Source: Laetmonice hystrix (Eukaryota). Taken from it: DNA of 64,000 nt. This document shows, one piece after another, positions 1 through 13,062 of the stretch. Where the stretch lies: the NCBI GenBank assembly GCA_965235115.1, contig OZ249436.1, forward strand, positions 53,568,001-53,632,000. Reading direction: 5' to 3'. A model generated the notes under the pieces. That model did not search any database, was not told the DNA's origin, and saw only the letters and a program-made list of their open reading frames with translations. The first letter of the stretch is position 1, and every line of letters starts with the position of its first letter. The translations under genes were made by a program, and so were the position numbers.

Positions 1-1010
1 CCGTGGAAGAACGTGTCTATATTGGGACAACATCCTCAAATATACATCTTGTTCTAAATGGAAAAGGGTATAAATCCCTTATGTACATACCCAGGTAAAT
101 GGTTGTTCGTTGAAGGTCTCTTTTGGTAGTTTTTTACAAACTGTCTTGAAGAATTCAAATGCAGAACAGTGGTTCAGATCTGCTGATGTGGCTCAACATC
201 TACTATTTTTAACTAAAAAAGGGAAAAGAAAAAGAGAGTTGATGTTAGAATTTATTGAATGAAAAGTAGAACAAGAACATAGAGAACATATATCATTAAC
301 TCGACCCTGACCGACCTTCATCTCCAACTGATAAGATCATCCTGGTCATGATCAGTATTCAGGGGATGATCCCCGCCAGGATACGAGGCGGTGGCCGGCC
401 TGGATTAGCAGGGATAATCTACTTTCATGATGGGTGAGGGCACAGAGCTAGGTGTGCCGAGGGAGGGGGTTGGAGACTTACCAACTGTTTGACATGACAG
501 AGTGGAACTTCTCCAGTCAATAACGCAGTGCTGAATACTGTAATTGTTGAATTTCGTAGAAATTCTAAATTGACAAGTACACAGGTGCATCTTGTGTCTA
601 GAAACGTTCCCGAACTGAACTAGAAATGGCATGATTCCATCACCAAAATCGTTGCTTTGTTAAACGTTTAACATGAAACTCAACAAGGGCGAACCAGAGT
701 CATGCATATTCATTGTGCCTCTAATATAACTTTGGAATGATCGAGTTGTGCGTTCAGTTCCAACCTCCAGTAATGTAAGGTGGTCATGCCATCGTTAGCT
801 TTGTGTACACACAAATGGAGATTGGTGTTAATCTCAGAGCAGCAGGTGGGGGAGGGAGGTTCAGCTTCTGAAACCCGGCCATTCCCGCTGTGTGGCGCGG
901 AGGTCGGCCTGGGGTGAGGCCGTGGTGGTGCCGGGGCAGGGCAGAGACCGGGGAAGAATCCGCGGCTATTGCCGATGTGACCCCGGCACCGGACACGTCC
1001 TGGGGACGTC

Positions 1011-1138
1011 ATGGCGGGGGTGACCGCCGGCCTGAGGACATTGTGGCTCCTGCTGGTTACCTTGACGACCAGGATGGTCCAATGCGCCTGGGCCGCCATG
1101 GTCAGCCTGCATGACATGGTTCATCATGGCATTGTAGG
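1011..1138 (+). CDS. Candidate alternative first coding exon of the Rab11-FIP3/4 gene (MAGVTAGLRTLWLLLVTLTTRMVQCAWAAMVSLHDMVHHGIV-G)
   Basis: ATG in strong context (gacgtcATGG); in-frame TGA at 978-980 with no AG between it and the ATG; donor GG|GTATGT at 1139; phase 2, matching the acceptor at 1402; lies in a CpG-rich patch (~860-1130). Confidence 0.6.
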
Positions 1139-1401
1139 GTATGTCTGCGATAAGCGGCAGAATATAGACCTTCTGATGGTCAGCCGTACTCTGTGCTTGT
1201 GGTGTGTAATAACAATAATGTTAAAGATAGCCTTGAATTTCATAAGATGAGTAGAATGAGGCAACTCTTTGGGAATAAGATGAAAGTTATTAAGAAAAGC
1301 AAACTTTCAGCTGACCGTTTTTATTATGACAATGAAACAGGGACATAGATCACTGAATCGGAGATAGACATTCAAATGAAAACCTTATTTCTTCTTTTCA
1401 G

Positions 1402-1483
1402 CCTCCAGCACATAGAACGGGAGTACTTGATTTTGAAGGAGGAGGCACCACGGCTACGGTCAGAATGCGACAAGCTCCGCAAG
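1402..1483 (+). CDS. RAB11FIP3/4: Rab11-FIP3/4 (nuclear fallout-like) coiled-coil exon, LQHIEREYLILKEEAPRLRSECDKLRK
   Basis: Acceptor cttcttttcag and donor AAG|gtcagc; in frame with downstream exons; resembles human FIP3/4 LQQLDEENSELRSCTPCLKANIERLEE as I recall it. Confidence 0.85.
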
Positions 1484-1906
1484 GTCAGCAGACCGTTTTG
1501 AAAGTCTGAAATTAAACAGGAGCAAAGTATATTGCCAGACTGATGCATCTTATCCCATTCATCCTTATTTTAATTTAATTTAAAGTTTCTTGTAATATTT
1601 TATAACATAGCGTTAGATCTACGGTTTGAGCACGGAAACTTAGGTGAAACTGTAACAGGAACAATTTTGTGAAAGGTATTTCGATTTCCATGTTCTGCAT
1701 TTTGGGATACATCTCACTAAAGCAAAGATGTCTTTGCAAGAACAGTGCTAAAAGAGTGCATGCAGTGAGGACTTATTGAAACGGCACGTTTCCAGCGACA
1801 TCTTTTTGGCTTGTTGAAATGCATCCCTAGTGTGTGGTGATGCCGTCAGAGGGCGCGGCAGGCTGCGCTCTGTGCTGTTGTTGACGGAGTGGCTCCATAT
1901 TTGCAG

Positions 1907-2044
1907 GAAAACGTTCACCTGGAAGAGAAGCTGGGCGAGACTAACTACCAGCTGCTAACGTTAGCCGAGGAGCACCAGGAGATTCAGGACAGGTCACGGG
2001 GTTACAAGGACGATATCGAGCAGGAGCGTCAGGTTAACGCCCAG
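1907..2044 (+). CDS. RAB11FIP3/4: Rab11-FIP3/4 coiled-coil exon, ENVHLEEKLGETNYQLL...EQERQVNAQ
   Basis: ttgcag acceptor, CAG|gttaga donor, 138 nt, phase 0-0, heptad-rich. Confidence 0.88.
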
Positions 2045-2168
2045 GTTAGATCACACACACTTTATAACTTAAGACTACCCTTTCATATGGGGAATTAAAT
2101 CACATTTTCCTGGCACAAAATTCCAGGTTTTCCTGGCACAGCTCCTTATATACACCCTTCGTTTGCAG

Positions 2169-2318
2169 CTACTAGATGAGTTAAGCAAAGAGCTTGAAGA
2201 ATTACGAAACTACAAATTAGAAAATGAAGGAAGAATTCGATCACACAGTCAGTCGCCAGCTGATCTGAAAATGGCCCACCGAAAAGAATTAGAACTGCAC
2301 GTTGTCCGACTGAAAGAA
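2169..2318 (+). CDS. RAB11FIP3/4: Rab11-FIP3/4 coiled-coil exon, LLDELSKELEELRNYKLE...ELELHVVRLKE
   Basis: tttgcag acceptor, GAA|gtaagt donor, 150 nt; matches the FIP3/4 pattern LIEDLRKQLEHLQ...ELEQEVRRLKQ. Confidence 0.9.
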
Positions 2319-5072
2319 GTAAGTAAATTTGTGTACATGTATATATCTTTTCAAGAGATCAAGCGTCACCCTGCGTTGCGATTGACCTGATCAAGTTGCT
2401 CTCTATAATCGTGTACTGTTGTGCCACAAGAGGGCGCTACTCATGCTGCCATCTCGTGGCAGTTGGGTTCATGAACATTGACAGCCGGTTGGTTACTACC
2501 GTAATCTGTTTGGAAAGTGTCACATGTCATGGATATGAAAAGATGATGGACTCGAGGGAGGGGGGAGAGTAGGGGTGTTTTTTTTTGGGGGGGGGGGCAA
2601 CACTATTATGACATATCCCCTCTGTGATCGTGGTTAAGCAAACTATCATTTACATTTATGTGTATTTAATTTTGACAACGCAAGCTACTTTGCAAGAAAA
2701 CGATATTTCTCATGCCAAATGACTGTACTCCAACTCATTCCTACTCCAAACCACGTTCCCTAGTCAGTAAGAAAATAATGTAAACGGATTTGTGATACGT
2801 CAGTTGTCCCTTTATGTACCAGGGGGGGGAAAGGAAAGAAAAAAAATGAGAATACAAGTAAAAACGTGCCTGAGGAATGATGGGCAGAACCATGAGATGG
2901 GATCTTTTTATTCCACTTCGCAGACTAAGAACTTTGGCCTAACAGCCACTTAGCATGTCGGCATTTCAGCATGTGGTGTGTGGCCATTTTTGTTAGTAGA
3001 TGGTTGCATGTGGTGCTATATGACTGCCGTTCACTTATTTTTGTTGAACAAATGGATAAGTTTGCCACAGGGCATAGTTACAGAGCCAGTGTGATTTTTA
3101 AAAAGCATACCCTGGTACATTTATTATGATATGGGAGAGTACTGTTCATGTAACAGGAACAAACGTATCGTTATAATGAAACTGATGGGTTCTACACATG
3201 CCCATGTAACTAGCACTTTCTCAAATTCTTTCAACGTAATTTTAATAAAACTACATTGTATTTTGTCACTTTGGTTATTACAAAGATTGCTCCTTTCTGA
3301 GTACTCAATGTCCGAACTTGTTATGGTAGGGTAGGGAACATATCTTCACAAGCAACTGGTTAGTTACGGCTGAATTCACTTACGACAGCATTTGGCCAGC
3401 CCCACCCAATTCTTGTGCTGCCGTTCAGTAGCTCTGTGATGACAGCTTTAGGTTTTAGAGTACAAAGTGCGAGTGTCAACCCGACTAGAGTGGGCAGCAT
3501 TTTTTCAGAGTACCGATAACTGGCTGCTTGAAACATTCCCTATGGCAACAAGCGAGTTGAAACTGAGCCTTTGTTTGAATCGATATTTTCTGGTTGACAG
3601 ATGGTAACCACTGGATACGGTTGATCACACAGAAATATGCGGAAAGAACAACCATTATCGACATTTCGCAATCATATAATCATGAGAAACAAGATTTGTT
3701 TTGAAACAAGATACATGTACATGTGTAACAAGTCAAACTTCATGTATGTTAGATAATATCACATTTGTGATCGCTAATATTGGCTTTCCTTACAAGTACT
3801 GAAATTCAGGGTATCAACGAAGTTGCCTAAAGGGTAAACCCTAGTCTACCGGTACCTATATCCTTTGGGCTATAGAGTTTACTGCAATCACTCATGGTCT
3901 TGCATCTTAGTACATTTTTGTACTTCAAAATAAGTTTCTCACGGTGGGAGCTCATGTAATTGATGTCAGATTGCAGCAGGATATGGATGCACATTGGAGC
4001 ACCAGTTATTTACTGCAGCGTTTCCACATGGTCGAATACAATAACATTAGAGTAGGTCTATAGCACCATTTGACAAATAACATAAATTCGCTATGCAGGG
4101 GAGAACTGTTATGCAGAGCGATGCAGAGCGAAACTGTTATGCAGAGCAAAACGAAAAACACTTTAAAAAAAGATTGGGAGGGAGGATGACAGTAGACTGA
4201 GTAGTAAAATATAGTTAAACCCAGGATTATAGTAACTTGATTGCTTGATCTATTGGAGGTGTCAGTTGTATCCGGTAGGTTGATGGACCTCCTGTATGAC
4301 CTGTCATCTTCCTCCATTTATGAGTATGGATTACCGGAATTCCTAAAAAAAATCCCATTTTGAAAGCTGTTGTATTTGCTAGCGGATTCGTGACAGCCAA
4401 GGCTGAATGAGTTGCTCATCTGCAGTTGGAGCATCGCGTGCATCCTCTGGCAGAAAGCTTTGACGACGCCCAGTTATACGTATAGCACGACAGCCATCAT
4501 TCCTGCACCCATCAACTCCATTCGAAATGATATTGTAGTTGAAACCAAAACGGCTACGTGATTTACATAACAGATGGTTGATTTTAGCTTGCTGTATTTC
4601 CCTATATATCTATAGAATTCTTTTAGTCAGTACAAATGACAGTTCGGTTCCATGGTGGCCAGTTCATTAAGCCCCATATCTGGCCTTTTCAGCATTATGC
4701 AATATTGGTTTTCCCTGAAAGTACTGAAAAGATGATGATTTATTTAATTGTATCACCTCAGATTTGGTTTTCTGGTACCAAATATTATTGTCAAGTGATT
4801 TCCAATGATTAAGTCAGATGAGAATTGATTACCGTAATATTGAGAGATCGACTTAAGAAATAAAATACGAGAATCGCTCAAAATTATTCATTTGTCAGAC
4901 ATAGTTTCTCGGTCAGTAACTGATCACCTTTCAGACTGCACAGTGAAAAGTCAAAAGCCGGTACTAACATATCATACGTATAGAAAATGTTATTTTCAAA
5001 AATTGAGGGGGGGGGGGGGGGAGCTGATGAAAATATGGACTAATGCCAAACGTCCCAACTGTGTTCTTACAG

Positions 5073-5213
5073 GAGAATGCCAAACTCAAGGAGCAGAACG
5101 AAGACCTCCATGTACAACTACTCAACAAGCGACTGGAGGAGGGTCGCAGCTTACTCCAGGACAACGCTGAGGCTTCGCTCGCCGCCGAGCTGGAAACGCT
5201 ACCCCGGGATGAG
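5073..5213 (+). CDS. RAB11FIP3/4: Rab11-FIP3/4 exon, ENAKLKEQNEDLHVQLL...SLAAELETLPRDE
   Basis: ttcttacag acceptor, GAG|gtacgc donor, 141 nt; matches DNRNLKEQNEELNGQI...SLAAEISSVSRDE. Confidence 0.92.
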
Positions 5214-8200
5214 GTACGCAATATATGTCATCGAATGCACGGGGGCTTAGTGTTCTATATAATTTGGTAAAATATGCCGTTTTTAGTGATCAGTGGAAGT
5301 TGGTCGACCCAAAGCATGAGTTAGCCAACTGTTGAACATGTTATGATGTTAATGACAGTGAAGCAGAAATTTCGGAGATCTGAGTCAAGGAGAAGGGTTT
5401 GATGAAGGCCATGTACACGCCATGGCCATGGTGAACAGTAGCTCAGTCCACACTCGACATTCCATGTCTATTTCTGTGCCCAATTAACCAGCCAGTCCGT
5501 TAAGTGTCTATTTGTAGTAACAACATACAATGAACACCTGAGTCTGACAGGTGGACGGGTGTACTTATTGTCTGCATCGGATTGTCCAGGAGGAGTTTGT
5601 TATAGTGAAGATAATAATAGACTTTGGTAATTGCCAAAATAAGTCTTGCGATTGCTGGACCATTGGCTTGTTTTCGTGTTTATTGTGGCAGTTATTTGTG
5701 TATGACACGGAAGGTCAGCGGCAAAATTGATAGTCTAGTCTTAGAATGCTTATGTCTATATGCTAGGTTCGATTCATGTTTTCGTTAGGTATCTGTGGGG
5801 GAGAAGACTCGATTTAAGTCTTAGAGTGGATACTCAAGGGGTCCCAGGTGCATCCTCCTGCTTCAAACAAACATTCCTAATGTTGGCTGTATACGTTCAG
5901 GAACTCAGATTTCCGGTAGGGTTAGTTCATAAGGTCACTGGTGGAAACTTGAATGGTAAAAAACGAGTTTTGTTTATGTGTCCAGACTTCCGCCACACGT
6001 TACTGAATTCTCGAATTGAGGTGGAATGGTAAAGTTATTGGTGATTTCAGTTTACTGGCCAGGTCCCATTTTATCCCGTGTTATCCCCTTCTTTGATCCT
6101 CTCTCAACTTCCGCATTGTTTTTGATAATAGCGCAGTAGGAGCTACCATTTTATCATACATCACAAAAGTCATTTCAGGAAATAAGAATGTACATGTATG
6201 TACTGAAAATGTAAAAGAAATGTATCTGAAAAGATAAATCTGGAGTTCTGTGATGTGCCGCATAAGTCCACACGGAGTAAAAGGTATGACCTCCTGGTTC
6301 AGGGTGCCCAGATTAGGCTCTGTGTCGTACCCTGGTATGGGAAATCGGTAGATCTCCCATAGAAACATCTTCATCTGGTGGTAAAAACGGAAGATTAACA
6401 ACTAATCCTAACCCCAGACCCAAACCTAACGGGTTCTCGAACCCCCACCCCCACCCAACACTTTTCCATATCATGGGGGAGAACCCCTCCAGTGTCAGCC
6501 TGTAAAATCTCCATTTGTTAATGGTCAGCCCAGAGGTAAACAAACGTGTAGGACACTCTTAATCTCAATGGCTGTACTTGTAACGAACGTTAATCACTGC
6601 CAAAGAACGCGACACGAATTCAATAATAAAAGAGGAAAGACAGTCAGTATCGTTGAAAGTTTGGGGTTTAAGTGCCTTTTATCGTCGTGTCAGGACCCCG
6701 TTGTCAGGCGGGAGAGGCGGTGTGACATTGGCTGATAGCGGAGGTGGCGACCGGCTGAACAGTGCTGGCCACACACAGTGTCACAAACAATTCAATCACT
6801 GTGACCGAAGGCACCGCACATTGGCATGTGTTGTGTTATAAATTGACTGCACCCTTTAGCATTAATCTGCTAAAGTAAGCAATTCAAACTAGAGAAATCA
6901 AGTTAACAGTCTGTGAGGCATCAGATTGGCAGGTCCTTGGAGTTAAAAGTGGTCTTTGATCTGGCATCTTGCAAACAGGCAAATATGCTTAGCTTACTTG
7001 TTATAACTTATTTTCTGCCTCATCTGCAAAAATTTGAATTCGGCTTGACCACTCAGAAGATATCTAAGGACAAGTCAGTTGAGAAAAAATTGCGAGGTGT
7101 AGACCGATTAGAAAGGGCCGAAGAACTACTATTACATTCGTCTTTGACGTGGCTTTGCCCCCCTGTGCTGTGTATCTATCATGTGACTGCCCTTTCTAGT
7201 CTTGAAGCATTTATTCTTTTACAAGTAGCCATTCATTTAAGAACCTGCCATCACCAATATGACCCTCTGCTTTTGCAATTTGCAGAAGAATTCGAACGAC
7301 GGCATTCACAGAGCTGAGGTACTCCTAATATTCAGATCCTTGCCACCCCCTCGCCTGCGATTTGTAGGTCTGCCACTGGTAGAAAGAATAGATAACTGAC
7401 CTGTAATACTTCCACTTTAAGAACAATTATCGGATTATTCCAACACATCGTAATTAACTTTCCTAGTTGATTCAGCTCACAGGTTGGTTTGATCTGTTTC
7501 ACTCTAAAGTTTGTACAAAGTTGTAATAAGCACTATGTGTGATTGTTTTGAAGTGAGTCATTAATTCACTGTTAGTCATTATAAGTTCATTCCATGAGAC
7601 TGTCTATAGGATCGTTTGTAAAGTAGGCTCGCACACTGAAATCGGGTCAAGTAGATCTGTTTCGGAAGTCACTGTGTGGAGTTCGTACGATGTGTTGGAG
7701 ATACCAACAAATGATATTGTAGCTACAACATAACCAGATCATTTCTCACTCATCTCATATTTACATCAGAAATGTTGAGAGATGTGGATGAGTTACGTGA
7801 CTGGGGCTTTTCTGATACCCTAAATTTTTTATCTGTCTTGCAATCCTTGGATGTGGTTTTCTCTGGAGAGGTGGCCAAAATTAGGAGATATTTTACTTTA
7901 TCGATCTGTGGCATGCTTCTAACATATTGCATAATATAAAGAGCCATAAAATGCTTACTGAAATGCATACACCGCTAAGGATCTAAGGATAAGGCATTGT
8001 CAGAAATTCAAGCAAGTTCCATAGGTCACATCCTTCACCTGCTGATATAGATTTTGATATTTCATAGTATTTCCTACCTGGAAATAATCTAAAGCAAAGT
8101 CGGAGTCGGAGTGGATTCAGATTATGTCACTCTATTAGAATTCCGTTCTATGGTCAAGTAACGAGTGTTAGTGGCAGAAAGTAACAGTTTAAAACATGAT

Positions 8201-8246
8201 TGAACATGAATTGTTAACCATTTGAATTTTCTATGTGTGTTTTCAG

Positions 8247-8402
8247 TTGATGAAGGCCTTGAAGGACCAGCAAGAGGCAAATCAGAAGTTACGAGAGTAC
8301 ATTGACCGGATCATGCTACAGATAATCGAAAAGGACCCGTCCATTTTAGAGGTGAACAATCACAAAACGAATAGCAGCAACAAAGCAAAGAAGAAGGCAT
8401 AG
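8247..8402 (+). CDS. RAB11FIP3/4: Rab11-FIP3/4 terminal exon: FIP Rab11-binding domain, LMKALKDQQEANQKLREYIDRIMLQIIEKDPSILEV + NNHKTNSSNKAKKKA*
   Basis: tttcag acceptor; signature L..YID.I...I.E..PSILEV of the FIP-RBD; TAG at 8400-8402. This exon is absent from the supplied ORF track. Confidence 0.95.
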   Translation: MMKALKDQQEANQKLREYIDRIMLQIIEKDPSILEVNNHKTNSSNKAKKKA

Positions 8403-11400
8403 GGAAAGCCTCGTGATAGAGCTGCTAGACATCACACGTCCAACATGTTGTGTTGGAAGGGAAGAGAAGCTTTATTACCAAATGAATAGTTTACTATTTT
8501 TACTATTTCCACAGAATCCTCTGGTATGTTTTCATGAGACATGAAATCCGAAGCAATACGTCATGGATAGCTTTTATCGATCTCTGTTACGTTTGAATCA
8601 GTTTGAGACTAAGTGTTTTTAGATCATATAATCCCAGACAGAGGAAGAGCTCAGATTTTATTCGATCCCCAGAATTGACATGTGACATTAGAGAAAGGGA
8701 TCAGGTCTCAACCTTTGGGAGTATTAGCACAGGGGCCTTAGCCCGAGGTACGAAAGGGATGTGTAGCCTACATGCGATGTCAGTGACCAACAGACCGGAC
8801 ACGTGTCGCCATCTACCGGAGGCGATCCCCAAAGGTGTCTCCACGCCAGAAGGCATGGCATACCGTAGGAAACGTTTATTACCGTGAGCTAAATGTTCAT
8901 TGATGTGAAACATTATTACCGACTGTTGGGTATGAAACATCAGGACTACGATTTTCAGTGGTACCATCTCCAATATTGGAGTTTTCCTCCCGATATTGAT
9001 TATTTAACAATTGTGTCAAAACGTTTTTCTTCGAAAAGAGAAGGTGCAGTCAGTATTTCTTGATTAAATGTATTTAGACTGAGTCATGAAAAGCAATTGT
9101 TATTTATCGATTTTCCTCGAAATGCAACAACGAAAGACAAAGGTTTCCTCATGGGTCGGTTAACCCTAGAGAAAACAAGATCAAGAATAATATGTGATAT
9201 TTATTTTGAAACAAATTGACGGTCGTGGTATCAGTTTATCAAAATGAAATTTGTGTTCCAAAATTACTTGTATGTATCTGTACTATACCATAATGAACTT
9301 AATTGGGACGTAATGTGAGACCATGTTCATAGAAATGATGGAGACAGCTTCAAGACACTGGATCAAAAAAAAAACCTTGCTAGTTGTAATGAATCATGTC
9401 TGTGCAGTATGCGTTAATTAGTAGTATATGTCTCGCCAGTCATGGAGTGTCAGTTTTTGGGATTCAGTATGGTGAACCTGAGAGATAAGGTAATGACACC
9501 CGAGCCAGCATTGAGCGTGTCAACCGGAAAGGACTGATTGAAGGACCAGCCTCTATCCAGGCGTTGTCTTTGGTACAACAACCGAAAAACAATGATAAGG
9601 ACTGCTAGGTCAGGTGCCCATGTTTCTTTGATGTGGTGTCCATGTCTAAATGTAACGAAATAGAAGTTTGTCTTCTAACATTAGGACACCAGTGGTTATC
9701 TAGACCTCACGCAAGTACAGCAGAGTTGGTTAAGGTATTCCTCTGATAAAGCCAAACTTTCGAAATGGTGTGTGTCGTTGGACTGACAGTTTCTACGAAC
9801 ATATCTCTAACGTGTAGTTATTCCAGCATGGCAAGTATGTTCCTTCCAGTGAGCTTCGGTCTGTTTGCATGCCAGACGTAGGGAGAGGACGTCCCTACGT
9901 CAGACGGTTTCCGACAGACATGTCTGGTCCTGTGACGCGCAGTTAGGTGCAATTAGGTGCAGTCTGTCCCCACACGTCAGACCTGTTGAGACCAGTCAAG
10001 GTGTCCGCACGCCTGACGTGCCGGGACAAGGCCAGTTTGGTGAGGGGCACAGCGTGTCTGGCGCACTGAACGCGGTATGTACTTACGTCCGGCAACAGTG
10101 CGAGGTTGCAAAAAGAGACGTTTTCGGGTCGACAGTGAAATGCAGAAATTCATTGTTGCTTTGAATGGAAATGGATATTTTACAAGATAGAGTTGCCCTT
10201 CTATGAAGGGAGACCCATTACTACCGGTGATACACCAGAAAAAAGCAAGGTGTTAAGAAAGACCATAATGGTCCATCTTACTGTTACACTGACACACATG
10301 AAACCTTTGGCAACTCAAAGGCTGGGGAAACAGCACGTGTGAAACCCATATTTTGATAAACTTTCTAATACGGCGAGATTGAATAAGGCATTGATTTGTA
10401 AACCAGGTATAATTGTATTGATTCCTTAGTAACTCAGTAATACCGTAAGCTGTACATGAATTTCTGCAAATGACTGTCGTTGTTTTGTACTTGTGCATAT
10501 GGTTTTTTCCTACTTAATTATGTGCAGACTGTATATACTGTAGACTCATAGTGTTAGACCATAAAATGCAAGTCAGCCAAATGGTCTCTGTTTTAAAAAA
10601 TGTATATAAAGTACTTTTCTAATCTTTGTATAATGGTTAATAAATCCGATACAAATATATTTGGGGAAGTGGGTGTGTATAAAGATGAGCTATTTAGAGT
10701 GTTTTGGTATAGGGAGAGCACCAGTATTGAAAGTGATAACCAGAGGCAACTTAATACGGACACTGTACTAAACTACCTATGATATTAATAATCCTCGTGC
10801 CTTCATACTAACTGACCTGTCAGTTTTGCTGGAACAAAGCTTGAGCAGAGGATATTTGTAATGTATTTTTACTCAAACCATGTTTTGCTTAAATTCTACA
10901 CTTATTCTGATGCAGTTTTTATATGAATACGCCTTGGAGTAACCTCCTTCTAATTACCGGTACGGGGTAACAGTTTTTCCAGCCGTTTCTAAGTAATAGA
11001 CTTAGATAGGTTGCTTGATAAATCTAGCTTTTACCTTTATTATACACTCGCTTTTAAATAAGTAGTTACTGTATGAAGAGGAGGATGTATTTATATGTTA
11101 TGAATGACATCCTATTTCTACAATATATACACGCCTTGTTCGACAACTTGGTATGTGGGAGATACACATTGTTTTAACCGTCATTCTTCAGCATTTTATC
11201 CTGTTGATTTTCTTTTAAAGTGAATCAAAATGAAGTGGACTTTACAGAAAATTAAGCATATCTTATTTTAATTTATTTAGTAAGCCAAGAATTCTTTTGA
11301 ACTATGCGCCTAGCATAATATGTAGGTCCATATTTAATGAAACCTTGTCTGTTTTGCTATCGTATAAATCTTGTCGATGTATAATGGTAATACTCTTCAC

Positions 11401-13062
11401 CGAATTCCCATAAAGCCATACCTGTTTAAAAGTTCAGTTTGCGCGCGCGCATCCGCCATAAATATCTGAACGTGGGTGACAAACGAGAGGACATTTTATG
11501 TTTATTCTATTAATTTTTGATAATTTAAAAATTACCACAGGAAGACTTCCACTATTCGTTTCACAACGGATTTACGTGGGGTAATAGGACATTTTAATTT
11601 TCTAAATCTTACTGACCTCGAATTGACGACAGTAGAAGACGTTAAGTTGCCTTTTTTATTTTTTATTTTTATCTGTCGCCGACACAATACGAACCGTTTC
11701 GCAAACTGGACTGTTAAAAAAGTATGGTCTAACCAGAATATTTTTCTCAAAGATATCCTGCAACAGTAACCACTACCCATTGTTACACTGGTTCGAATTA
11801 TCAACTATGCATCATATCAAGAAGTCCCTCCCGCATCATGTATAGCAACAACAATACCCCCATAAAATGGGAAATAATGCTTCTCTATCTTGAACTAGAC
11901 AGAAATAAGAGGGACTTTATGTATTATTACACATCAAAGATAGCATATAAACTATTTTGTCTAATATGTTGACGAATTTCTTGCTTTACGGTGGATGCCA
12001 TTGTATGACATTCCAACAAGTGGATCTCAGATGTGTAGGTTATAGCTGACGTGATATATAGGGTATGGTGACCAGGCACTGAAGCGTGAAGTCATTCCAC
12101 AGCAGCCACAGTCCGTCAATGGACCTGATGTGATCATGACCTTTCAGGCTTTTATCGTGGAATCAAACTTTGTCCACCGAATCCTACGATAAAACAAACG
12201 TCTAAGATGTCGCTATTCGTTCAGGGTGTCAATCAGATTGATCTGCGAGTGCCTGTTCATGTTAGATCAAACATAATCATTTTTCCTTGAATTTCAGTCA
12301 AATTTCCAGAGCAAATTAACATGCAGTGTGCATGTACAGATCTATGTGTCATAAACAGTACCAATTATGAACCGCGATGTTTTGAAACACCTTGTATGTC
12401 ATAAAAGCTTCGTTTTACACGTTTGTTGTACCTTTGGATTTGTGAGCGGATTTACCGCACCTTGAGCGGGAAGGTTGACGTGTCTCCTTTAATTGTAGAA
12501 CAGTTGTGGGAACGGTAAATGTAAATATACCGGGAGTCTTGTACTGAAACATTCGATCATGTAATCATGTATTTGTAATGTATCTTTGACAAACAGAGGC
12601 CTTCAAAGTAAAAACGTCCACTTCTCCTGTGATGATTTGCTGGTGCATAGATTCATACCTTTTACATGTTCTCTTGTGAAGATAAGTTATCTCACTAAGG
12701 TGCGTGTGTTGACCGATCAGGGGTATGTTTAAGATCGCTTATATATTTTAGGTCAAAGAAGTAGTAACACCTATTGTGGAAAAGAAGAACGGAGGTTTCA
12801 GTTTAAAGCGCTTATGACATGTCGGCACAAAAAGAGGAAGCGAAAGGATGTCCATCAATGTTTAAATGATGACATGTAACCTACTTTTGCATTCAGACAA
12901 AGGTTTGACATTGAAGTGCTACAACAGTTTTGCTAAGTACACCTCATGGGTGCTCAGAAGGCCAGATATAATATCGTTTGGGTTATACTCCCCGGTGTAT
13001 TCCGGAACCTTTAGGTTGCCCTTCCGTATGCATTTTGGCATCCTAAAAAAGCGGGAAATAAA
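8403..13062 (+). other. Probable long 3' UTR / downstream region of Rab11-FIP3/4; end uncertain
   Basis: No coding signal, AT-rich; AATAAA hexamers at e.g. 10639-10644 and 13057-13062. The true polyA site cannot be determined from sequence. Confidence 0.4.

Noticed and set aside
710-1117. Overlapping GC-rich ORFs (710-1117 -, 784-996 -, 890-1114 +)
   Set aside because: By-products of a CpG-rich patch; only the 1011 frame has matching splice logic.
6273-6545. CCTAACCCC-type telomere-like stretch in a possible small element
   Set aside because: Only a few degenerate units and no convincing TIR or TSD; cannot be classified.
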